In this document: one piece after another, positions 53,453 to 64,000 of the stretch | Layout of the letters: each line of letters starts with the position of its first letter | Position numbering within the stretch: position 1 is the first letter of the stretch | DNA from: Octopus vulgaris | Lineage: Eukaryota | DNA length: 64,000 nucleotides | Direction of reading: 5' to 3' | NCBI GenBank assembly: GCA_951406725.2 | Contig: OX597818.1 | Coordinates: forward strand, 20,336,001 to 20,400,000 | Made by a program: the position numbers and the translations under genes | Notes under the pieces: model-generated | Databases searched by the model: none | Told to the model about the DNA's origin: nothing | What the model saw: the letters and a program-made list of their open reading frames with translations, nothing else

Positions 53453-54919
53453 GAGTACGTTCATAGTAGGGCGCAGCGAAAGGTGGGACAAAGAAGGTTT
53501 GGAAACACTGGCTGTAAATAGTAGGGAGGACAGAACACTGTACAACCAAAAAGTGGATCGGCTATTCATATTCTATTTCCGGAAATGTATTTTGTCCGTA
53601 TTGAAACCACTGACCACCCAAAAGCTAGAAATGTCTGCCTGATTCCAAGAAAGTTGTTGAAACTGACCCCAGTTAACATTTAGCTCTGGCCATTTCATCT
53701 ACTATTCAGACATACTGTATCTAGGACTATCTTATTTACTATGTCCTTCTAGAGATTTAGCTGCTATTTATGGGTCAGACTTTAAACTACATCTGGTACT
53801 GGGTCCTTGGTCAGCGGATTCCAGTGTTTTGAGGAGTGTGGAGCCTCCCCTTAGCCACTATCGTCCCATGGTCTATTCTGACTCGGAATAGCAGAGCTCC
53901 GATAATCGGCGGTGACTTGGTTAGCGAATCCTCTTCGACAGTCGAGAACCGGCGACGTGATAACCTGGCTACGGATCACACTACCTGAAAGTGTGTACGC
54001 ATGTGACCGGGAAAGGGGACACATATGAACTTTGTATTCCCATTGAAACTCCGAACATGAACTCTACATCTCAACAACGAATGATGACCACGGCTGCGGC
54101 GTCCGCACTGTCCGACCCGCTTGCTCTCCCAGTGGGGCATTTGTCAAAATTACAAGCTGGATTTTTTGTGCCGCAGACAGAAACAGTATTTTGTCTACCG
54201 GAACGTTAGGGCCAACCGTCGGATGTGGACAGTATTCATGAAGAACGTGGTGAACTCGCTGGTTGGTGCCGGCTCGACACACCCCGGATAGCGAAAAAAA
54301 ATTTCCCACGAGAGTTCCGGACCCCAGTTATGAACTCATTTGCATACAGCCAATCAGAGCTCAGCTATCAAACTAATTCATGAGCGCATAACAAGTGATG
54401 GGTGATAAGATAAGGTCACTAGGGTAAGGAATGACCATGCTTCTTTTCTCTTTTAAGAATGCTTCTTGATCATATTCTCGTTTCAACCATGGCTGCCTCA
54501 GCGTAGTTATTTGTGTTGTTGTTTACTTTCTAAAACAGTAAGGGGAGTGGGTTGCTAGCACATCATTCTCTACCCATATTTTTCCCATCCACATCTTTAC
54601 CATATGGGGGCCCCTAACAAAACCCGATAATAGGTATAGATGCAAATCTCTCTAATTACTTGTCTCCTACAATCATGCATAACTTAGCGATCGGTCGATT
54701 TACAACATCGTTCTTCGTCTTAAGTTTATTTAGTAGAGTGTGTTTGTTAACTTGACAACAAGTTCAATGTGAACTCTGATTGGTTACTGGGGTCTAGAAT
54801 TCTCGTGGGAAAAATGTTGCCCCCCCCCCCTCCATGGGTAAATGCCTCCACAAGTAGAAGTCAGTATCTATAACAAATCAAGCGATCACGTTGAGCTCTT
54901 CCATTGTTTTGAGAAGCTC

Positions 54920-55850
54920 GTTTATACTACAGGGTGCTACATATATAGGTGCTATAGTTTGGCATAGTTTATCTAACTTCAAGCGTTAACCACAGCAAAA
55001 TATAGATCACCCAGGTGTAATTAGGAACTACACTGAGATCGACCCCCACCACCACGTAGCTGTTTAGTTGTTTATAAGTACTGCACAGACGTAAATGACA
55101 CCTACGTCCAAGTAGGTACCATAGTCACCTTCGGTCTACCTAGCTGTACGTAGATATCACAGTGAGGTACGTTTACCTAGCTATAGATAGGTAATTTAAT
55201 GAAGTATTGGTCACCCAGCTGTAAATAGTACCACTGTGGGATACAGTATATCTTTCAAGTACCATAATGTGATATAGTTCAACTAGCTGTAAGTACGTAT
55301 CACAGTGAGGTACCATGTACCTAGTTGTAATTCACGCAAAGCAATGCAGTTAACTGACGTGAGCTGAAGCCACAGTGAGATGCAATTGACCTTAGCTGTT
55401 TGTAGGTACCACAGGGAAGTGTAATCCATCTAGATGCAAGTAAACACTATAACGCGGTACGGTCCACCTAGCTGAAAGTAGGTACTGAAGAGTATAATAT
55501 ACATCACTGATATAGGCAGATACTATAATGATTTCAAAATTTGACACAAGGCCAGCAATTTCAGGAAGGGAGTAAGTCGGTTACATCGACCTCAGTGTTT
55601 CACTGGTACTTAATTTATCGACCCTGAAAAGGTGAAAGGCAAAGTCAACCTCGGTGGAATTTGAACTCAGAACGTTAAGGTAGATGAAATGCCGCTAAAC
55701 ATTTTGCCCGACCTGTTAACGATTCGACCAGCTCGCCACCCTGCAGGCAGATACTACTATGAGATGCATTCTATCTAGCTGTACGTAAGCACCATGGTGA
55801 AGTACAATCCATCTAAAACCTATATTGGTTCGATACTAATAACAGTTCAC
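54920..55850. repeat. highly degenerate ~38-39-bp minisatellite interrupted by a SINE
   Basis: CTAGCTGTAAGTAGGTACCACAGTGAGGTAC-like unit recurring at ~55140, 55178, 55282, 55321, 55392, 55430 and 55469. Confidence 0.7.
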
Positions 55851-57410
55851 TTTAAAGTCAGTTGTTATTCTTTTTACTCTAGGTGCAAGGCCTGAAATTT
55901 CTGGGGAGGGAGCCAGTCGATTAGATCGCCCCTAGTACGCAACTGGTACTTAATTTATCGACCCCGAATGTATGAAAGGCAAAGTCGATCTCGGCGGAAT
56001 TTGAACTCAGAACGTAAAGAGACGAAATACTGCTAAGCTTTTCTCCCAGCGTGCTAACGTTTCTTATTTCTTAATTGCCCACAAGGGGCTAAACATAGAG
56101 GGGACAAACAAGGACAGACAAAGGGATTACTTCGATTACATCGACCCCAGTGCGTAACTGGTACTTAATTTATCGACCCCGAAAGGATGAAAGGCAAAGT
56201 CGACCTCGGCGGAATTTGAACTAAGAACGTGATAAGTCGGGAGAAATATTGCTAAGTATTTTGTCCTGCGTACCAATGATTCTTCCAGCCCGCCACCATC
56301 ACCGCTTTAAATAATGAAAGAGCGAAAGAACACATTAAAATAAGTAGTCCTAAAAAAGACAGTTATCATTGATGGCCTTTGAGGACTGTTCAATGTTGAA
56401 TGACCTAGGGTTAAACAGCAGCTACGAAAAGTAATGTTGATGCTAACAATATTGGGAGAAGTATTATTGATTGTGATGTTATTACTAACAGTTACTGTTG
56501 CTATTCTTTACAGCATTAATCATGCAGGTCTAAGTCATTCAATTTGCAACCAACCCGTCTTACTCCCGAACTATAACAGGGGTTCTCAACCATTTTATTA
56601 TTATTTTTTTTATCTCTGGACCCCTTTGACTACTATTTTATTCTAGTGGGCCCCATAGTCATTCGATATTCAAAAACTAGTTTTCATAGAAACTTCTTTC
56701 AATATTCCTGTTTTATTTTTCACACATTAACTTGTGTACGTTGAACTATTTAAAACGTTAGGGAAACAAACCTAGCTGTTTCTTGCATACATCGAAACTA
56801 AAATTTTTTCAGGGGCACTTAGAATAGTATTGTGTATCCCCAATTTACTATTTTGCTGCGATTCCACCGAACCCAGTATTTGAATGGTACTTTATTTTAT
56901 CGATCCTGAAAGGATAAAAGACAAGGTCGCCCTTGGTGAGATTTGAACTCAGAACGTAATAAATCAGAAGAAATACTGGAAAGTATTTTTTTACGACACT
57001 AACAAGTTTTTCTTTTGTTGCTTTAATTAATTCTTTCTAGGCTTGAAATCTGAGGGTGGGGAATTAGCCTATTATATCCGTTTCAACTTTAGGCACAAGG
57101 CTCGAAATTTGGGGAGGAGCGATTAGATCGCCCCCAGTACGCAACCGGTACTTAATTTATCGACCCCAAAAGGATGAAAGGCAAAATCGACCTCGGCGGA
57201 ATTTGAACTCAGAACGTAAAGACAAACGAAATACCTATTTCTTTATTGCCCACAAGGGGCTAAACATAGAGGGGACAAACAAGGACAGACAAAGGGGTTA
57301 CGTCGATTACATCGACCCCAGTGCGTAACTGGTACTTAATTTATCGACCCCAAAAGGATGAAAGGCAAAGTCGACCACGGTGGAATTTGAACTCAGAACG
57401 TAGCGGCAGT
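55532..57410 (-). mobile_element. cluster of minus-strand SINE family B copies
   Basis: Copies at ~55532-55742 (TSD-like AGGCAGATACTA on both sides), 55880-56295, 56870-57000 and 57090-57410. Confidence 0.8.
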
Positions 57411-57624
57411 CGCAAAACCTGTTTTATTTTCCACACATTAATTTGTGTTGGTTGGACTATGTAAAACGTTAGAGAAAGAAACCTAGCTGTTTCTTGCATA
57501 GATCGAAAATAACAATTTTTTCAGGGGCACTTAAAGTAGTATTGCGGATCCCCAATTTATTATTTTGTTGCGTGGACTTATATGGACTCTCAGTGGTCAT
57601 ATGTACACCGGTTGAAAACCACTG
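56577..57624. mobile_element. hAT-like MITE with nested SINEs
   Basis: TIRs CAGGGGTTCTCAACC / GGTTGAAAACCACTG; no clean 8-bp TSD. Confidence 0.55.
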
Positions 57625-58338
57625 ATATATAGGATGTAAAAATATTCGATGTGTCATTCTTCCTTTAAGCAGTAGGGTGTGAATTGTGAGGTATTTGGAT
57701 GCTAATTCTCGTAGATCGAGCGATAATGTAACGGTTTCCTCGTTGGCTCGGTGTTAGCAATAATAATAGTGTTGTTAAACTACTGTAGGTGGTAATGGAG
57801 TGAGTGGATAGAGGAGAGGTTTTCATGGTCGACAGCTGCCGTGATAGAGGAGACGCAGCAGCAGCAACCGCAACAGTAACAGCGGAAGTAGTAACAACAG
57901 CAGCAGCAGCAATGATAGCATCAGCGGAAAAAGTGGTATTCTACAGCGGTGGTAATATTAGATGTTTGAAAAGTTGAAAGGTCTCTAGGGGAAAAAAATA
58001 GAGCGAAAGGGTCTTTTTATTCCCCATTCTTCTTCGCTCTCACCCTTTCTCTTTCTCCTTTTCTCTCTTCTCTACGAGACGTGTGAAGAACTTGTAAATA
58101 ACATCTAATGGTTTAATGATGCTATCATTTTTTGATAGTGACTGCTTTTATGTCTAAACAGTGATATCATCTCGTCTTGTAAATACATACGGGGATACAT
58201 ACAGATACATGCGTAGATAAATTGATACAAGCATGCGTACGGTCATGCATACAAACATACGTTCATACATATATACATGCATAAACACGTGTAAGTGTAT
58301 GTGGATCTGTGTTTGTGCGTGCGTGTGCGTGTGTGTGT

Positions 58339-58406
<68 letters not shown>

Positions 58407-58644
58407 TTCCGTCGGTTTTGACGATGAGGACAAGCAAAATCAGCGTGATATAATGTGAACAATATGGCAAGATGGTATTTTTTTGAATTACGGTTACAAA
58501 CCATTCCAGCGACCGGTGAGAGTTGATTTTGAGGCTGTAGAAAATGACATTCTCGCAAAAAGTTGCATAGTAGAATCGAACTCTGTACCTCATGGTTGCG
58601 AAGCGAACTTCATAACCATTCAAGCATACTGCACACACACACAC

Positions 58645-58742
<98 letters not shown>

Positions 58743-58769
58743 TGATTGATTGATTGATTGATAGGTAAC

Positions 58770-59150
58770 TAGCACTCCGTCACTTATGATGACGTGGGTT
58801 CCAGTTCATTACATCAACGGAAAAGACTGCTCGTGAAGTTAACGTGCATGTGGCTGAGCACTCCACAGACATGCGTACCCTTAACGTAGTTCTCAAGGAG
58901 ATTCAGCGTGACACAGAGTGTGACAAGGCTGGCTCTTTGAAATACAGGTACAATAGAAGTAGGAAGAAAGAGTGAGAGAAAGTTGTGGTGAAAGAGTACA
59001 GTAGGGTTTGCTATCACCCCTTGCCAGAGCCTCGTGGAGTTTTAAGGGTTTTCACTCGATAAACACTTACAACGCCCGGTCTGGGAATCGAAACCGCGAT
59101 CCTATGACCGCGAGTCTGCTGCCCTAACCACTAGGCCATTTCGCCTCCAC
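58770..59150 (-). mobile_element. SINE family C
   Basis: Minus-strand head GGAGGCGAAATGGCCTAGTGGTTAGGGCAGCAGACTCGCGGTCATAGGATCGCGGTTTCGATTCCC is tRNA-like; body matches 1380-1700. Confidence 0.8.
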
Positions 59151-60052
59151 TCACACACACACACACACACACAAGAGAGTTTGTATTGTGTGTGCTTGCG
59201 TATGTTCCTTATACATTCCAAAACCGAGGTGCCGACTTTGACGTATGGGGTATCAAAGGATTCAGTACTATTTCGGCTACCAATTAAACTTTATTTTCAT
59301 CGACATATTTGCATTACAAAAATTTTAAATTATAATCTTTTCCATAACTCAAATATCGTAAACATTATATACGACGACAACGACACATTTTCTATATGAG
59401 TGTGTACTTTAAAAGACATCCATCGTTACGACACACACCTTCACTCACTCACTCTATCTCTCTGTCTCTTTCTCCCTGTCTCTGTTTCTCTCTCTCGTAC
59501 ACATGCATACACACACACACACGTCGATTTCTTATACACGTACATACATCTTTCACTTTCTGCTCTCTCTCCCTTTTTCTCTTTCCTTTCAATTTCTGCT
59601 CTCTTCAAAGCATAAAGAAATAAATTTTTACGGAATGACCGAGAGAAACGTAGAATAAAAAAGAGAGAGAGAGAGAGACAAGAGAAAGAAACAGAGACAG
59701 AAAGCAAATTTCTATAGGAGAAGTTGAAAGAAGGATAGCGGCTGAGAGACAGACGCTGATATTTCATACTCTATGCATGTTCCATAATTGAAAGTGAAAA
59801 AAAGCCGGCACAAAGAGAGAGGGAAAGCGGGAGAGAAGGGGGACGCTGACAAACGCAGAACCGAGGTTGTGTCGTACAAATTTTCAGGTCATTTTCACTT
59901 TCGTCCCATGTTTCACGCATGCGTAGAATTAGGCGTTATCTCTCTCTTTTAATTTCCGATTATAATGTACGGAGACCTCTTGCTGTCAACAAGTCACAGC
60001 TTCCACTAATTAATTGGAATGAAGAAAGGTATGCAAAAATATCTTCCTTTGG

Positions 60053-60088
<36 letters not shown>

Positions 60089-61790
60089 TACAGCCCCCAC
60101 CCCACCCCACCTTATTTCCTCAATTTACTCACATTCCTATGTTTTCCATGCAGGACATTTGCATTTCGCCCCAAAGTATTTTTCCCACATTCGTAATCTC
60201 TATTTTTCCACATAGACAACCAACAAAATTCGAAAAACAGTTAAAAATTTGGAAACTTCGGTGGGGAGAGGGAAATTATAATTTTGAAAACGTGATTTCT
60301 GAGCAAAATCATATTAACCCCTTTGGTGGAACTGGAGAACACTGCCCCCACCCCAAACTGACCTTCCCGATTTTTTTCCTTTTTTTTAACCGGATTCCTA
60401 TGCTTTGATGACGTAGATTCCGAATATGCAAAATACCACGTTTTCAAATTTCTTAATTCCTCCCCTCACCTAAATTTTTTATTTTAACCTTTTTTTCGAA
60501 TTTTTTTTTTCAATCTACGTGGGAAAATACTGAGATTAAGAATATAAGGGAATAAAAAAGCAAATTCTAATTTCAAATTTTTTGTGAATAATTCCAAAAT
60601 TGATTCACACCGCCATCCCGCTGTCTAAAAGTGAAAACGAACGGCTGTTTTGTCCGTTTCCGTATGCGTAGATTTATAGTGAAAGAGCAAAAGGACTACG
60701 GCATGTGAAGGCCTCACCACGAAACTCAATATGCTAAAAATAACAGCTAAAAGTCCGGAGAATTTTTGTGGTTGTGGGTACATTTACGGAAATGAACTTG
60801 CGCAATGTTACACCTCTGAATTTTTTTTTTTAATTGTGATAAAGAATCAAAGGGTTTAGTCGTTACCGCCAAAATTAATTTCCCTTGCATTTTCTCTCTT
60901 TTTCAATATTCAATTAAAAGAGAGAATATGTTGATACCAACAATAATAAACTTTAGTAACTTGATCGATCTGTCATTGAACCAGGATTTAAATTTCATTT
61001 GATACACACTTTGCCATAATTTATATGGAGAATTGCAAACGTGGCATATAAAGACAACTTCTTTTAGAAATTTTGTGAGTACATTTCCGTAAATATTTTG
61101 CTTGCGCACCCCCAACCCTGCACACATGCACATAAACGCATGCAGATACACATGGATTAAGTCCCATTTTGGATTACCTAAAAATATATTTGAAAAAAGT
61201 AAAACATGAACTTCGTGTGGAGAGGGAGAAAATTAAAATATTGAGAACGTGTTTTGTGAGTGAAATCCTAATGTCCTGTATCGCAAACATAGGAATTGGA
61301 AGAAGTTTAGGGGAAAATAAGGCGAGGGAGCGGAAATGTCACCTCGGACATGCTAGAAAGAAAAGGTAAAGGACGGGATTTCTGGGATATCTGTCCCTGT
61401 ATGTGTGTCTGTGTCTTTAGGTGTGTGTCTGTGTGTGAGTCAGTCGTCACAAAAATGAATGTCTACTGACAGATACAAAGACCGTCACACACATAATTGT
61501 CACTCATCGGCCTGACGTACATAACGAACGCGCAAACATATATAGAAAATGTAACGTCTTCGTCGTTGTGGTGGTGATGGTAAAAGATGTGGTTTACGAT
61601 AGGTGACTAAAATAAAAATTATAATCTTAAATTTTTGTAATGAAAATATAGTTTAGTTGGTAGCCAAAAGTTTACTGAATTTTCTAATAGTCCATACGTC
61701 AAAAACGGCAACTCGGTATTGGAATGCATAAGGAACACACACACACACACATACACACACACAAACTCTCTTATATATATATATATAGTA

Positions 61791-63230
61791 CTAGCAATGC
61801 ATGCCGGCGTTGCCCGGGTATTATAACCTACAGCCTCATTGTATTATTTGTTTCTTTCTTATGGGTAGAATCGGCATTCGGGGAGCGTGAAGCAAACAAC
61901 TCTTTTTCATAAACATGTTTTTCGGTAATTTTGTGATGAACAATGCTGAAATTGTTGAACCAAAAACATGTTGAATAGTAGCTTAGATTAGAATGAAATC
62001 TTAAAAATGCCTCCAAAATGACCTAGACTTATGGATGTAAAGAAATGGCTGACGAACGAGAACGTAGAGGTATCCGTATTGCAGAAGTAAGGTACATTGC
62101 AGAAGGTAAGGCGGTAAGCTGGCAGAAATGTTAGCAGGCCGGGCGAAATGCTTAGCGGTATTTCGTCTGCCGTTACGTTCTGAGTTCAAATTCCGCCGAG
62201 GTCGACTTTACCTTTCATCCTTTCGAGGTCGATAAATTAAGTACGAGTTACGCACTGGGGTCGAAATAATCGACTTAATCCGTTTGTCTGTCATTGTTTG
62301 TCTCCTCTATGTTTAGCCCCTTGTGGGCAATAAAGAAATAAGAAAGTAAGGTACATGGAAAGAAAGCTGCTTCATTGTGATAAGCACTAATCTCTGTAAT
62401 GTTTGGGTAGACTGCACACTTCAACATATGTCAAGCGAAGCCGACAATGCTTCTGGGTAAACTATGTTGTGCGTAAGTCCAGTTTTGGTAGAATAAATAT
62501 ACAAGTTATCTGCACTGTTAACTCGAGAGCATGCAATATATAATTGTCCATGAGAAACGCAGGGTAGTTGTAAATTGAGACCCACAATTTTTAAAGTTTG
62601 ACCCTGGGATTTGTTGATTGCCATAGGGAAACACAATCGCACTGGGAACTGGAGGCGCTTGAATTGAAATGACACATTTGAGGGAATAAGGGGCATACAT
62701 GGAATGTATGCAATCTCTCCTCGATGGCAGCCGGCAATAATGGTTGCTTGTAGGACATGACTTATCATTGTAGTTATAATCAATCTTGTACCATCGCATC
62801 GTTGTGGTGGGTCCAAATTCCTCAAGAGCATGATAGGTACATCTTTCTTTAGGAACAACTTATGCGGTGGCTGTCCTGTGGGTTGTAGAGAGTTGGGAAA
62901 TTCAACTGAATACTCAACAGCGGCATGTTCGTCGATGGTAGTATCAATGGAAACAAACGTTGAAGCATCTCCAGGTAGAACGTGGAGGAGTTCATGGTTT
63001 ACTTTATTAACACTTTCATTCCGATGTGCTAAAACTGTTCTCTCTGCGAACCATGCTATGTTTTTGAAGTTGTCTTGCAATGTGGGAAATACCTTTTCTT
63101 TAAGCTCGGCCAATGTAGACACTATGTGCCCACATTGCAGTACATGCTGCAGCAGGGTGTTATTCAACGGTAAGGCGCCACTTCCTATTTGTAGAAGTTG
63201 ATGAGAGAATTCCTCAGCTAAGGGGTCGAT
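61791..63230 (-). mobile_element. Helitron 3' portion
   Basis: PIF1-like helicase C-terminus, then terminal hairpin CCCGGGCAACGCCGG and CTAG|T at 61791; SINE B nested at ~62108-62343. Confidence 0.88.
62421..63167 (-). pseudogene. Helitron RepHel PIF1-family helicase, C-terminal fragment
   Basis: PIMLLRNLDP..CDGTRL, FQFKRLQFPVRLCFPMAINKSQGQTL, SHGQLYIACSRV, NIVYPEAL; 5'-truncated with substitutions at conserved sites. Confidence 0.9.
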
Positions 63231-63411
63231 CTTATCAAGTTGTCAGCATGGAAAAAATAACCTTCAATGGTAGTAATTATTAAAATTGTAAATTAGGGTA
63301 TCTACGAGATACTAGCAGCCACGATCTGACTCTAAAACCGCTTTAATTGTCCATATCGACACGGAGAGAAAACAAAGAGACAAGATGAAACTAGTAAAAA
63401 ATTACTGGATA

Positions 63412-63470
63412 ATTCTAGATCCCGGATTTCTGGCTATGCATTTGGGAATGCTTTGCCTCGTCAGTAGCAT
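63412..63470 (-). ncRNA. type-I hammerhead ribozyme with extended stem II
   Basis: ATGCTA-CTGACGA-GGC-AAA-GCATT-CCCA-AATGC-ATA-GCC-A-GAAA-TCCGGGA-TC-TAGAAT. Confidence 0.75.
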
Positions 63471-64000
63471 ACACATAGAAGAGAAACATAAATACATATA
63501 TAATTTTATATATATATATATTGTGCCAGCTTGCCGCCTTACAGTAATAATAATAATAATACATATTCATATATTTGTAAAAGATCAATTTGAAATAGAA
63601 CAAATGAACAACCGATCTATTGGCGTGATCGAACAAACAATCATCTTGTATCTAAATGGCAGCAAATTTGCAATGAGAGATACAACGCAATAATGATAAA
63701 ATGTATTGTGAATTACGGCAAAAGCAAGACTTGAACTCAGAACTTGAAGGTAAGAGACTAAGTCTTGTTAGCTACTAAATCCTGTGAACTAATGTTTTTC
63801 TTTTTCTTATTTAGCTTTTCTTTTTTTCTGTGTGTGTTATGGTTTTACCATTCCTAAACGTCTAAAAGAAAATTTATGTCTTAAATAATAATTTATTTCT
63901 TTGAACTAGGCTATCACAAGATCAATTCCCATAGCGGAGGGATATAGGCGATAGAAGTTAATGGAATGAAGGTTTTTTTAATAGCGTTGAACTCATCACA

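Noticed and set aside
54920-55850. CRISPR-like repeat-spacer array
   Set aside because: Eukaryotic context, units vary along their whole length, no spacers or cas genes.
62421-63167. Host PIF1 gene
   Set aside because: Intronless, truncated, and followed by a Helitron hairpin and CTAG terminus.

Overview
AT-rich eukaryotic DNA saturated with microsatellites and repeats; the SINE and (TA)n/(CA)n/(TAGA)n content suggests a coleoid cephalopod such as Octopus (inference). No host protein-coding exon can be supported, and almost all ORF-track entries are translated microsatellites. The main feature is a young, apparently intact 4.8-kb Penelope-like retroelement (PLE; RT, Cys linker, GIY-YIG; Neptune-like) at 14536-19330 on the minus strand, inserted in a (TA)n/(TACA)n tract. 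It has near-identical 0.52-kb direct pLTRs, each with a minimal hammerhead ribozyme (HHR). Its 430-aa coiled-coil/RS-rich ORF1 overlaps an ATG-less RT frame in -1 at a U_UUU_UUU heptamer, predicting a ~1175-aa frameshift fusion. Across the window there are about 18 minimal type-I HHR motifs of several unrelated sequence families, with palindromic stem III and compensatory 3-8 core pairs (C-G, U-A, G-C). Most sit in short fragments next to microsatellites, often as outward-facing inverted pairs. Also present: an internally deleted Ty3/Gypsy element with a templated inverted insertion in gag, Helitron remnants including a PIF1 fragment, maT and mariner relics, Dong/R4, Tx1 and RTE LINE fragments, three SINE families, a 5S rRNA pseudogene and a degenerate ~38-bp minisatellite. 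All motifs and coordinates were read by eye; repeat boundaries are approximate.
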